From Terrimicrobiaceae bacterium (lineage in GTDB: Bacteria; Verrucomicrobiota; Verrucomicrobiia; Chthoniobacterales; Terrimicrobiaceae), in the NCBI GenBank assembly GCA_041752695.1, contig JBGSVZ010000066.1, positions 60,239 to 124,238 of the forward strand: a DNA stretch of 64,000 nt, given 5' to 3'. The notes under the pieces are model-generated. The model saw nothing but the letters and a program-made list of their open reading frames with translations. It was not told where the DNA came from and did not search any database. A program made the translations under genes and the position numbers. Below are positions 1 through 9,035 of the stretch, in pieces. The number at the start of each line of letters is the position of its first letter. The first letter of the stretch is position 1.

Positions 1-2
1 AT

Positions 3-1583
3 GTGCCGGAGGACCAGCGGAAAGATGTTTATGCGCTCATCTACTGCGAGGGGATCACGGGCGAAGTCACCTATCCGGTTACGGCAATGGACGCCGCGGC
101 GAATACGGCCACGGTCAGTTCCGGCGACCGGCCGTTTGTGCCGCAAACCGGCGACGCCCTGATCTTTCTCAATGCGGCCTCTTTCGTTGACACGCCGGGC
201 GAATGGAATTGTCAGCCGTCGGGCGATGGCTGGAAGGTGCTCTTTCGGCCGGTGACCCCTGACGAACTGGCCCGCACCCAGACGCGCCGGAGGTCGGAGG
301 TAATACGCATTTCCGGCGAAGCGGCAGGGCATGTCACGGTCGAAGGATTTGAAATCACCGGCGGTCAGTCCTTCGGTGTCTACGCCTCTGGCGCGCCCGG
401 GGTGCGGCTCAGCCGTTGCGTGGTTTATGCCAATGGCAGCTCGGGCCGGGCACCCGGGTTGGGCCTGCGGATCGACACATGCCGGGATTTCACCCTGGAT
501 TCCAGCGTCATCTTTGCCAACCACATCAACGGGATCGGGATCACGCAGGGCGAAAACGTCACGGTCCGCGGTTGCGAGATCACCGCGAACGATGGTGATG
601 GAATCCAGTTTGCCGGACGCAACAATGCGCCCGATGCCCCGCTGCGCCAGGCGAGGCTCGAGAATTGTTTCGTCCACCGCCATTTCTACCTGGGCCATCC
701 GGACAACACGCAGATCTTCGGCCATGTCCGCGATGTCACCTACGAGAACAACGTGTTGTTCATGGGCGGGCAGAACGCCATGATCCAGCAGTGCGAGGAC
801 ATGAAGTTTGTCAACAACCTGTTCTTCAGCGCCACCGCCCGGCATGTCATTCTCGGCCACGGCAACGCGCACCAGGCGAAGTTCGAAAAAAATACCTTTG
901 CCTTCGGAAACTTCGGCGCCATCGGCACAGCAGCCAAGGGGGTTGAGATCCGGGATAATATTTTTTACGGCAATGTTCTCAGCTACGAATCGGACGAGGT
1001 GAAGGGCGACGGAAACGTGCTCTGGACCGCCCGGGAGGAGGATCCCGTTCTTATTCACACCGTGTCGCGGTGGAAAAAATTCCTCACGCCGCAGGAGTTC
1101 GCCGCCGAGCATGGATCCGAGGCCAACTCGCAGCGGGTGGACCCGCAGTTTAAGAACGTTCCGCTGACCCAGGTGATCGGACGCAGTTCGTTCTTCGCAG
1201 GGGCGCGAAACATGATTTATCTGGATCCGAAAAATGTCTCCGGCTTTGCCGCCGGTGACACGATTGAGATCAACGGCGACGGTGTGGCCCGCCGGATTGA
1301 AACGGTCGGCGCGGACGCGATCACGTTCGCTCCGCCCTTGCCGACTTTGCCTTTCCGCAACGCGATCATCTGGAAATGGCCGAACGCTGCAAACCTCCAG
1401 ATCGACCTCCACGCCGCCAGTGCGGGAAAGGCTGGAGCCAATCTGGATCTTGCGGCCTACCAGCGCGGGGAACTCGACGGTCCGGGCAAACGCTCGCTGC
1501 CGGAACTGAGCGCCGCGGCCAAAGCCGCCATGCCGACTCCCGACGTGTTTGTGTATCCCTTCGGTTTGCCCCTGGGAAAATGA
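3..1583 (+). CDS. Right-handed parallel beta-helix (pectate lyase-like fold) protein, 5' truncated by window edge
   Basis: Repeated beta-helix strands (VTVEGFEITG, VTVRGCEITANDGDGIQF, VTYENNVLF, VEIRDNIFYGN); HPDNTQ motif; frame open at window start. Confidence 0.75.
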   Translation: MPEDQRKDVYALIYCEGITGEVTYPVTAMDAAANTATVSSGDRPFVPQTGDALIFLNAASFVDTPGEWNCQPSGDGWKVLFRPVTPDELARTQTRRRSEVIRISGEAAGHVTVEGFEITGGQSFGVYASGAPGVRLSRCVVYANGSSGRAPGLGLRIDTCRDFTLDSSVIFANHINGIGITQGENVTVRGCEITANDGDGIQFAGRNNAPDAPLRQARLENCFVHRHFYLGHPDNTQIFGHVRDVTYENNVLFMGGQNAMIQQCEDMKFVNNLFFSATARHVILGHGNAHQAKFEKNTFAFGNFGAIGTAAKGVEIRDNIFYGNVLSYESDEVKGDGNVLWTAREEDPVLIHTVSRWKKFLTPQEFAAEHGSEANSQRVDPQFKNVPLTQVIGRSSFFAGARNMIYLDPKNVSGFAAGDTIEINGDGVARRIETVGADAITFAPPLPTLPFRNAIIWKWPNAANLQIDLHAASAGKAGANLDLAAYQRGELDGPGKRSLPELSAAAKAAMPTPDVFVYPFGLPLGK

Positions 1584-1602
1584 AGGCCCATCGCTGAATT
1601 TT

Positions 1603-3999
1603 ATGAACTGCCATCGCATCCTGCTCCCTCCCTCCGGCCACCTCGCTAATGCCAACACCCGGCAGCGGCATCCGGCGGAAAACGCGGCCTGGATCTGGCA
1701 TCCCTCGCGTCCCGTTGGTGAGACTGCCATCCTGCGCTTCACGCTTTCGTTCGAGCTGTCCGAGCCCGCAAGCCCGGTGATCCACGTGACCGGCGACCAG
1801 CGGTTCCAACTTCGCTGCGATGGAAACGAGGTTTCGTTCGGCCCCGACCGCTGCGATCTCGAACATTGGACCGTGCAGAGCCTGCAACTCGATCTGGAGT
1901 CGGGGCGGCACACCTTCGAAGCCATCGTCTGGTGGCTGGCCGACCCGGAAGCGGCCTCCCGCACCGACCAGTCCGGTGCCGATCCCTTGCCGAGACCACC
2001 GATGGCGCAGATGACCTGGCGCGGGGGATTTCTTCTTTTTTCTGAAGACCTTCCGGTCTGCACCGGCCAAGCCGATTGGATGGTGGCCGACCTGACGTCC
2101 TCCGTGCGGCTTTTCCGCCAGCGCATTCCGCAATACTTCGATGTGGGACCATCGTATGAATTTGACCTGGCCACCTGGAGCGGTGGAGAGACCTGCACCG
2201 CTGCCGTCGTGACCGAACCGCTGGAACAAAACGTTTACGGCGTACGAAGGCCGGGCTGGTGCCTGCACCCGGCAAGCCTGCCCGAGCAGCGCCGGCAATT
2301 TTGGACCGGTGGAAAGATCCGCGCCGTGCGGGCAGGGTGGGGGGAGGAAGCTTTCTGCGAATCTGCCGACGCGGCCTGGCAATCGCTTCTTGAGGGAGGA
2401 GAGATCGAAATCCCGCCGCATTCTGAGGTGACCGTGCTTTGGGATATGGAACACTATCGTTGCGGTTATCCCGCACTCTCCGTTCGGGGAGGGGATGGTG
2501 CCCGTATCGAGTGGGATTGGGCGGAGGCCTTGTATGAGGCTCCGAACTCCAGCGCGGTCGATTCTGTCACTCCGAAAGGCCATCGCGGCGAGATCCAGGG
2601 AAAATCGTTCCTGGGTTTTGGCGACCGCTGGCGGATTGGTCCTGATGGCGGGCAGATGCCTTTCCTTTGGTGGAGATCCGGCCGTTATGTCCGGGTCCGG
2701 TTGCGGACCGCTGACCATCCGCTTCGCATTCAGAAGCTCGGGATCCTCGGCACCGGTTATCCCTTCGAACGCTCGGGGGGCTGGACCTCCTCCGATCCCG
2801 GATGGGACAGGCTCTTTCCCATCTTCGAGAATTCCTACCGGTGTTCGGCCCACGAGCAGTGGACAGACTCGCCCTACTACGAACAAATGGGTTATGTCGG
2901 CGATTCGCTCCTGCATTCCCTCTCGAGCTACGTGCTCTTCTCGGACGATCTTGTCACCCGGCGGTCGATCGAGCTGTTCGAGTGGTCACGTCGTCCGTCC
3001 GGGCTCGTGGCGGAACGGTATCCCTCGGCCTGGCGGCAGGAGAGTGTGACGTACTCCATGCTCTGGTTGATGATGGTCCGCGATTTTGTCAACTGGCGCG
3101 ACGAACCGGAGTTTATCAGCGGTTTGCTCCCCGGCGTGCGTGGAGTGATGGCGGAAATCGAAGCTTTGCGCCACGAGAAGGGTCTGCTGGTGGAGGCTCC
3201 AGGATGGCCGTTTATCGATTGGGTGCCCGAATGGGACACGGGCTGCGGGCCGGGCGTGCGCGAGGGGGATTCCAGTATTTTTAACCTCCACTATGTGCTT
3301 TGTCTCCAAGCCACTGCTGAAATTGAAGACGCCCATGGCGATCCCGTGCTGGGAACTCGGTGCCGTCTCCTGGCCAGCGAAGTTTTTTCGGCCGTTCTCT
3401 CCCGCTACTGGGATGAAAAGCGCGGCCTGCTGCTCGATACCGTCGGGCACGCCAAAGCCAGCGAACACGCCCAAGTGTTTGCGCTGGTCACCGGTCTCCT
3501 TGATCCTGAAAAATCCCAGCTTTGTCTGAAGGCTCTTCGCGATGAGGAGGACCTCAGCAGAATGACCATCTACGCCGCATTCTATCTCCTCGACGCCCTG
3601 TACCGTCACGGCGAGGAATCCGGGTTTCACCGGCAACTCGAATTTTGGCGCGCTCTGCCCGCGCTTGGCTTCACCGCCACGCCCGAAGCTCCAGAACCCA
3701 CCCGGAGCGACGCCCATGCCTGGGGGTCCCACCCGGCTTGGCATTCGCTGGCCTCGATCGCTGGCATTCGGCCCGCCGCTCCCGGTTTCCGCCGCGTCCG
3801 CATCGCCCCCTGTCCGGGGCCAATAAAAAACATTAAGTGTTCCATGCCTCATCCTCGCGGCCTCATCGAGGCGACACTGGAATTCGTCGCGGAAAACGTG
3901 TCCGCCACCATCACATTGCCTCCAGGCCTGGCGGGAACCTTCCTCTGGCGAGGCTCCGAGCATGAACTCTTGGCCGGCACCAACCGCCTGCTGGCCTGA
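1603..3999 (+). CDS. Alpha-L-rhamnosidase (GH78 family)
   Basis: DSPYYEQMGYVGD catalytic region, FIDW, PEAPEPTRSDAHAWGSHP and C-terminal GIRPAAPGFRRVRIAP...PHPRG; ATG at 1603 preferred over 1549; no signal peptide seen. Confidence 0.85.
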   Translation: MNCHRILLPPSGHLANANTRQRHPAENAAWIWHPSRPVGETAILRFTLSFELSEPASPVIHVTGDQRFQLRCDGNEVSFGPDRCDLEHWTVQSLQLDLESGRHTFEAIVWWLADPEAASRTDQSGADPLPRPPMAQMTWRGGFLLFSEDLPVCTGQADWMVADLTSSVRLFRQRIPQYFDVGPSYEFDLATWSGGETCTAAVVTEPLEQNVYGVRRPGWCLHPASLPEQRRQFWTGGKIRAVRAGWGEEAFCESADAAWQSLLEGGEIEIPPHSEVTVLWDMEHYRCGYPALSVRGGDGARIEWDWAEALYEAPNSSAVDSVTPKGHRGEIQGKSFLGFGDRWRIGPDGGQMPFLWWRSGRYVRVRLRTADHPLRIQKLGILGTGYPFERSGGWTSSDPGWDRLFPIFENSYRCSAHEQWTDSPYYEQMGYVGDSLLHSLSSYVLFSDDLVTRRSIELFEWSRRPSGLVAERYPSAWRQESVTYSMLWLMMVRDFVNWRDEPEFISGLLPGVRGVMAEIEALRHEKGLLVEAPGWPFIDWVPEWDTGCGPGVREGDSSIFNLHYVLCLQATAEIEDAHGDPVLGTRCRLLASEVFSAVLSRYWDEKRGLLLDTVGHAKASEHAQVFALVTGLLDPEKSQLCLKALRDEEDLSRMTIYAAFYLLDALYRHGEESGFHRQLEFWRALPALGFTATPEAPEPTRSDAHAWGSHPAWHSLASIAGIRPAAPGFRRVRIAPCPGPIKNIKCSMPHPRGLIEATLEFVAENVSATITLPPGLAGTFLWRGSEHELLAGTNRLLA

Positions 4000-4042
4000 T
4001 GCGTTTAAATCGTGAATTTTTATTGACCAATCACCAAAAAAT

Positions 4043-4056
4043 ATCCATCGTGTGAT
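4043..4056. promoter_or_regulatory. Island operator site 1 (ATCCATCGTGTGAT)
   Basis: 2 mismatches to ATCAATCCTGTGAT; lies downstream of TTGACC (4023-4028), upstream of the PEP-CTERM gene. Confidence 0.65.
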
Positions 4057-4099
4057 TAACGCAATCGTTTCACCCCTGAATTACCCCTCGCTGCTTCCT

Positions 4100-7006
4100 A
4101 TGATTACCCCATCTTTTCGGCTGATTTCATCGTCCCTGGCCATCCTTGCCTTGTGCGCCTCCTCCAACCGCCTGCACGCCGCGAGCGCGACTTGGACCGG
4201 GGCTAACAGTGGGGTTTGGAACGACGCCGGTAACTGGTCGCCATCCATCCCGGGGACTCCCGGTGGTGCCACCACGGATGCTGCCACCTTTAACAACAGC
4301 ACCAACACCGCGATCACGGTGGATGCCAACCGCACGGTGGGTCAGATGCAGTTCGATACGGGGGCCGGAGGATTTCGGTTCACGGGGGGTCCGCTTATCC
4401 TCAGCGGAACTGGGGCGACGGCCGCGCAAATCATCTTGAGCGCAGGTACCAACAGATCCCAGACGTTCGATTCGAACATCACCTTGTCGACGCAAACCTC
4501 GATCACTTTTTCGAATGCCTCCACGACGGCTGGAACGGTTTTCAACTTGAATGGCAACCTGACCACGAGGCCGACTGGGGGAAATATAAATTTTAATGGG
4601 GCGGGAACGGGTATCATTGTTCGGGGAAATATCACCGACAATGGGGCAGGCGTTACTAATATTGCCAAAGACTTTAATCAGAGCAACACTCTGATCCTTA
4701 AGGGGAATAACTCCTACACGGGCTTGACATCGCTGGTGCGTGGGGAGGTCTACTTTGATTCCGTTTCGATGGTCGGTGGAGGCAGCAGTTCATTTGGTGC
4801 CCAAACGACGGCCGCCAACGCAAAAATTACGGTAGCGGCTTCGACGACAAGCGCGGAATTTTCGCTCGTTTACACTGGCACGGGAAGCACTACCGACCGA
4901 GCGATTGATATCGCTCCAGGCGCATCAGCTACGATGGGTGCCAACCTGACTACGTACGGAACAGGCGCTTTGCAGTGGGATGGCGGAATCAGTTCCAGTG
5001 GATCGAGCGGAGTGACCCACAGTTTTACTCTGGCCGGAGCCAACACTTCGGAAAACCGGGTGGGTGGTGTTATCTCCAATTCCGCATCGAGCGGTGCGAC
5101 GTCGCTCACCAAATCCGGGCAATCGACGTGGAACTTAACCGGCGCGAATACTTACACCGGCAACACTAATATTGGCGAAGGTCTCCTGCGTCTTGATTTC
5201 TCGAACGCATTAGCTCCGGCCACGAACATTATCTCGTCATCGAGTGCGCTCGTCATGGAAGGGGGGACTCTGGCGCTGCGTGGGAAGGCCTCCGGAGTTT
5301 CGTCGCAGACCGTAAACAATCTGACGCTCAACGTCGGCCATTCGAAGATCCTGGCCGACGGCAATGGTGGCACTTCAACAACGCTTGCTTTGGGCGCGAT
5401 CACGCGCTCCGGCACCGGCGCGACCTTGGATGTCTCTCTGGCCTCCACAGGTGCTGTGACGACGACGACCTCCACCATGACGAACTCGGTGATTTCAAAT
5501 GGCGGGGTAGCCTATGCCACGGTTAACGGCAGCGACTGGGCGACTTACAATGCAGGTAACATCGAGGCCCTTTCGACCTACCAGACAGCCACCAACCCAG
5601 GATCCTGGGCTTCAACCGACAATGTCAGCCTTTCGGGCAATCCCTCAGCCAACGTGGGGACCCAATCCATCAATACACTACGCTTGGATGCGGCATCGAC
5701 AGTAACCATCACCGCCGGGCAAACCCTGACAGTGGGTGCGGGTGGAATCCTGATGACCGGCACGGGAAACACGTTGATCACAAGCGGAACACTCAAAGGT
5801 TCCGGTAGTGCGACCAAGGAATTGGTGGTCTATCAAAACAAATCTTCGGGCACAGCGGAGATCTCCTCCGTCATCGCCGACAACACTGCGGCCACGACCT
5901 TCACCAAGGCCGGGAACGGAACACTTACCCTGAGCGGCAGCAACACCTACACCGGCAACACGGTGATTTCGGGAGGCGTGCTCAAAGTTGCGGGTGTCGC
6001 CAACTATGCAAACCGGGGAATAGTCTTCAGCGGAGGTGTGCTGGGACTGAGCGGTGGTGACCTGACAGGTCTCACGTTGGGAGTAGGAGCAGCCAATCGG
6101 GTGAGTTGGACAAACAGCGGGGGCTTTGCCGCCTACGGGGCCGACCGCACGGTCTCCTTCACGACCGCACCCGTGTGGGGCAGCACTGGAAACTTTTTGG
6201 GCACACAGGATGCCCTTAAGCTATCCGCCGCTGATTCCGATGCCAAAATCATTTTTGCCAGCGGCATTAATCTTCAGAACGCGGGTTCAACCACGGTTGC
6301 TCCCAAGCAGATTGAGGTGGCCAACGGTGGCGCCGCGGTGGATGCCGAGATCAGCGGGGTGCTCTCCTCGGGATCGCCCAACGGCGGACTTGTCAAGACA
6401 GGTGCCGGCACGCTGCTCCTCAGCAACACGAACACTTACGGCGGTGTCACTTACATTTCGGCGGGAACGCTCATTGTCAATGGTTCCATCGGCAATTCGA
6501 TGCTGACCACCGTGGCCTCGGGTGCTACCCTCGCAGGGACGGGAACCACGGCTCAGATCGAAATCATGGCCGGCGGTGCCATCGCCCCTGGCAACGGCAT
6601 CGGCGGACTCAACGTCAGTCAGAACGGGAACAGTGACCTGGTCTGGAACGGTGAGACCAGCGGATCCTTCGGACAGATGAAGTTCGAACTCGCCTCGGGA
6701 AGCAGCTCCTCCGATCAACTGAATCTGGGGGTTGGGATGCTGAACAAAGGTTCGGGCACGACATTTACCTTTGACTTCCTGGGCACGGGTGGAGCGAGTC
6801 AGACCTACACGCTCATCAACTTCGGATCGACAGATTTCACGGTGGGTGATTTTAGCTACACCAATTTGTCCTCCGGACTCACTGGTACCTTCTCGCTCAG
6901 CGGGTCGACCCTCCAGTTCACGACGGTTCCTGAGCCCGCGACCTTGGGCATGGTGGCCTTCAGCCTTACCACGATGCTGATGCTCCGCCGCCGCAAACGC
7001 GACTGA
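4100..7006 (+). CDS. PEP-CTERM surface protein with autotransporter-associated beta-strand repeats
   Basis: Signal peptide; four repeats of type LTKxGxGTLxLSGxNTYTGxTxIxxGxL; C-terminal VPEP + hydrophobic helix + RRRKRD; G/S/T/N rich. Confidence 0.92.
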   Translation: MITPSFRLISSSLAILALCASSNRLHAASATWTGANSGVWNDAGNWSPSIPGTPGGATTDAATFNNSTNTAITVDANRTVGQMQFDTGAGGFRFTGGPLILSGTGATAAQIILSAGTNRSQTFDSNITLSTQTSITFSNASTTAGTVFNLNGNLTTRPTGGNINFNGAGTGIIVRGNITDNGAGVTNIAKDFNQSNTLILKGNNSYTGLTSLVRGEVYFDSVSMVGGGSSSFGAQTTAANAKITVAASTTSAEFSLVYTGTGSTTDRAIDIAPGASATMGANLTTYGTGALQWDGGISSSGSSGVTHSFTLAGANTSENRVGGVISNSASSGATSLTKSGQSTWNLTGANTYTGNTNIGEGLLRLDFSNALAPATNIISSSSALVMEGGTLALRGKASGVSSQTVNNLTLNVGHSKILADGNGGTSTTLALGAITRSGTGATLDVSLASTGAVTTTTSTMTNSVISNGGVAYATVNGSDWATYNAGNIEALSTYQTATNPGSWASTDNVSLSGNPSANVGTQSINTLRLDAASTVTITAGQTLTVGAGGILMTGTGNTLITSGTLKGSGSATKELVVYQNKSSGTAEISSVIADNTAATTFTKAGNGTLTLSGSNTYTGNTVISGGVLKVAGVANYANRGIVFSGGVLGLSGGDLTGLTLGVGAANRVSWTNSGGFAAYGADRTVSFTTAPVWGSTGNFLGTQDALKLSAADSDAKIIFASGINLQNAGSTTVAPKQIEVANGGAAVDAEISGVLSSGSPNGGLVKTGAGTLLLSNTNTYGGVTYISAGTLIVNGSIGNSMLTTVASGATLAGTGTTAQIEIMAGGAIAPGNGIGGLNVSQNGNSDLVWNGETSGSFGQMKFELASGSSSSDQLNLGVGMLNKGSGTTFTFDFLGTGGASQTYTLINFGSTDFTVGDFSYTNLSSGLTGTFSLSGSTLQFTTVPEPATLGMVAFSLTTMLMLRRRKRD

Positions 7007-7085
7007 ATCACAATGGCCCGGACGGGGTGAAAGCGAAGAATCGTTTCGCAAGGCTCGCAATAGCGCTTTTTAGATGGGGTCGGTT

Positions 7086-7118
7086 AAATGGATGGTGCAG
7101 GGAGCACCATCCATTTTT
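7086..7118 (+). terminator. Intrinsic terminator after PEP-CTERM gene
   Basis: Perfect 13-bp stem AAATGGATGGTGC-AGGGA-GCACCATCCATTT running into a T tract. Confidence 0.75.
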
Positions 7119-7342
7119 CCGTAAATGGGCAGGAAGCATTTTGGGGAGTGGGCTTTCTTTTCGATCTGGCTGTGCGTTTGGTTCGAACGCGCGCCCTGTG
7201 TTCCCGTGCACTGGCCTCCAGCGGCTTTCCTCGGAATTTCCAACGCGGCGCGGATTCGAATTGTTTTGTTGGCACAAGGCAATTGTTACGCGCGTCGGAT
7301 TCTCGGGAACAAATACTTGACAGGGCCTGCTAGGTACATACA

Positions 7343-7364
7343 TTGACAACATCTCAGGATTGAT
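7343..7364 (+). promoter_or_regulatory. -35 TTGACA plus island operator site 2 (ATCTCAGGATTGAT, 7351-7364)
   Basis: Consensus -35 at 7343-7348 (another TTGACA at 7317-7322) directly followed by the 14-mer; upstream of cassette gene B. Confidence 0.75.
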
Positions 7365-7391
7365 ATCCCCGATTATTAGGTTACCCCCAAA

Positions 7392-7871
7392 ATGACCGTA
7401 TCTTCTTATTATCCTTCCGTCAGGATATCGGCTGGCGTGTTCCGCCCGTCGAGTCGGGCGGGCTTTTCCTTGGTGGAGGTGCTTTTGGCGACAGCGCTGG
7501 TGACTTTCGCCATGCTGGTGATTTTTTCTTTGATTCCCGCCGGCCTTTCGAGTTTGCAGGATACCAACCGGCAGATCGTCGAGACCGAAATTTTCAACAC
7601 GGTGGGAGCCGAGATGTCATCAACTCCCTTCGCCAGCCTGGATACCTACTCGGCAAATCGGTTTCCGCGGTTTTTGGACAACGAGGGCCTGGAGGTTGCG
7701 CAGGCGGAGGACGCGGCATTTACGGTCCGCTGTGTGGTGACAAACTCCACGGGGCCGGGGTCGGGGGAGTTGCGGCGGGCGACGGTCTCGATCGGTTACC
7801 GGCGTGATCCGAACGCTCCGGGTGCGAAAACGACAAAGCGGTCATTCCTTTTGGCCAACCGGGGATTTTGA
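7392..7871 (+). CDS. Verru_Chthon cassette protein B (pilin-like)
   Basis: Prepilin cleavage/methylation motif RAG|FSLVEVLLA, then LIPAGL..., FLDNEG. Confidence 0.85.
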   Translation: MTVSSYYPSVRISAGVFRPSSRAGFSLVEVLLATALVTFAMLVIFSLIPAGLSSLQDTNRQIVETEIFNTVGAEMSSTPFASLDTYSANRFPRFLDNEGLEVAQAEDAAFTVRCVVTNSTGPGSGELRRATVSIGYRRDPNAPGAKTTKRSFLLANRGF

Positions 7872-7873
7872 GG

Positions 7874-9034
7874 ATGCGTACAGATCCCCCCAAAAAATAT
7901 GGCCAGGGAGCCTTTACGATCCTGGAGTTGCTGGCGGCGGTCGCCGTTCTGCTCATTGTGATGATGGTGATGCTGCAGATCACCGGGAGCGTGGGCCAGA
8001 TTTGGAAATCCAGCACGGGGAAAATCTCTGCGTTTCAAAATGCGCGGTCGGCCTTTTCCGCAGTGAATCGCCTCCTCGCCCGCTCGACCCTCAACACCTA
8101 CAATGACTATGTCAACGCGGCGGGGGAGAGCCGGACGTCCGCCAATCAAGCGACCTTCGCCCCGGTGCGTTTCGCCCGGGCCTCCGAGTTGCATTTTCTT
8201 TCCGGGCCGGCCGCGCAGATTGTTCCGGGAGGGGATGCCGCAAAGAACCCCGGCGACGCCATGTTTTTTCAAGTGCCGCTGGGAGAGACGGACGATACCC
8301 AGTTAGCCAACCTAAACCGCACGCTGAATTCGACCGGATTGTATATCCAGTATGGAGACGCGGATGCCAGCCTTATGCCGGATTGGCTGAAGCCGCTTTT
8401 TTCGTCGACCAAACGGTTTCGGCTAATTCAAATGGTGGAGCCGACGGAGAACCTGAACGTGTACACGGCGACATCGGGTGGCACCTACCCGGCGAATCCT
8501 TCGGATCCCGCCGGTTGGCTCGCGTCCTTCAAGACTCCCGTCACCAGCCCGCAGCCCCGGGCCAGAGTGCTGGCTGAGGATGTTTCGCTGCTGGTGATTC
8601 GTCCTCGGCTTGCTCCCGACGACGAGGCACTGACCGCTCCGGCCCTCGGGGCAACGTTTAGTGATGCTACGCAGAATTCGATTCTCAGCCCCAACTACCA
8701 TTATGACTCCAGGGCCTGGCAGAGCGGCTATCCGGGCGGCAGAGTCTCCGCGGCGGGAGGCACCCTGACCCGGCCCGAACTGATGCGCAATCAACTGCCG
8801 CCGATTGTCGATGTCGCAATGGTCTGCGTGGACCGCCGATCGCTGGCCCGGTTCGACCAGACGGGAGCCACGCCTCCGGTGGAACTTCAAGTGCCTGCCG
8901 GACTGTTTGTCGACAGTTCCAAGCTCGACGAGGATCTCGCTGCCTACAGTGCGCAGCTTTCCAATGAAAAAATCCGCCACCGTGTCTTCCGCAGTTCGGT
9001 CGATATTCAAGGGGCGAAGTGGTCGAATAATTGA
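7874..9034 (+). CDS. Verru_Chthon cassette protein C (pilin-like)
   Basis: GA|FTILELLAA; STLNTY, RASELHF, FFQVPLG, NQLPPIVDVAMV and C-terminal AKWS typical of the family. Confidence 0.88.
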   Translation: MRTDPPKKYGQGAFTILELLAAVAVLLIVMMVMLQITGSVGQIWKSSTGKISAFQNARSAFSAVNRLLARSTLNTYNDYVNAAGESRTSANQATFAPVRFARASELHFLSGPAAQIVPGGDAAKNPGDAMFFQVPLGETDDTQLANLNRTLNSTGLYIQYGDADASLMPDWLKPLFSSTKRFRLIQMVEPTENLNVYTATSGGTYPANPSDPAGWLASFKTPVTSPQPRARVLAEDVSLLVIRPRLAPDDEALTAPALGATFSDATQNSILSPNYHYDSRAWQSGYPGGRVSAAGGTLTRPELMRNQLPPIVDVAMVCVDRRSLARFDQTGATPPVELQVPAGLFVDSSKLDEDLAAYSAQLSNEKIRHRVFRSSVDIQGAKWSNN

Positions 9035-9035
9035 T

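Noticed and set aside
4100..7006. True autotransporter or DNA tandem repeat
   Set aside because: The C-terminus is PEP-CTERM rather than a beta-barrel, and the repeats are degenerate at protein level only
8805..9035. N-terminal extensions in the ORF track (cassette A from 8805, LysR from 45200, nrdB from 51167, transpeptidase from 42732, DUF5069 from 45547)
   Set aside because: They overlap neighbouring genes or regulatory sites; family motifs begin at the downstream starts used here
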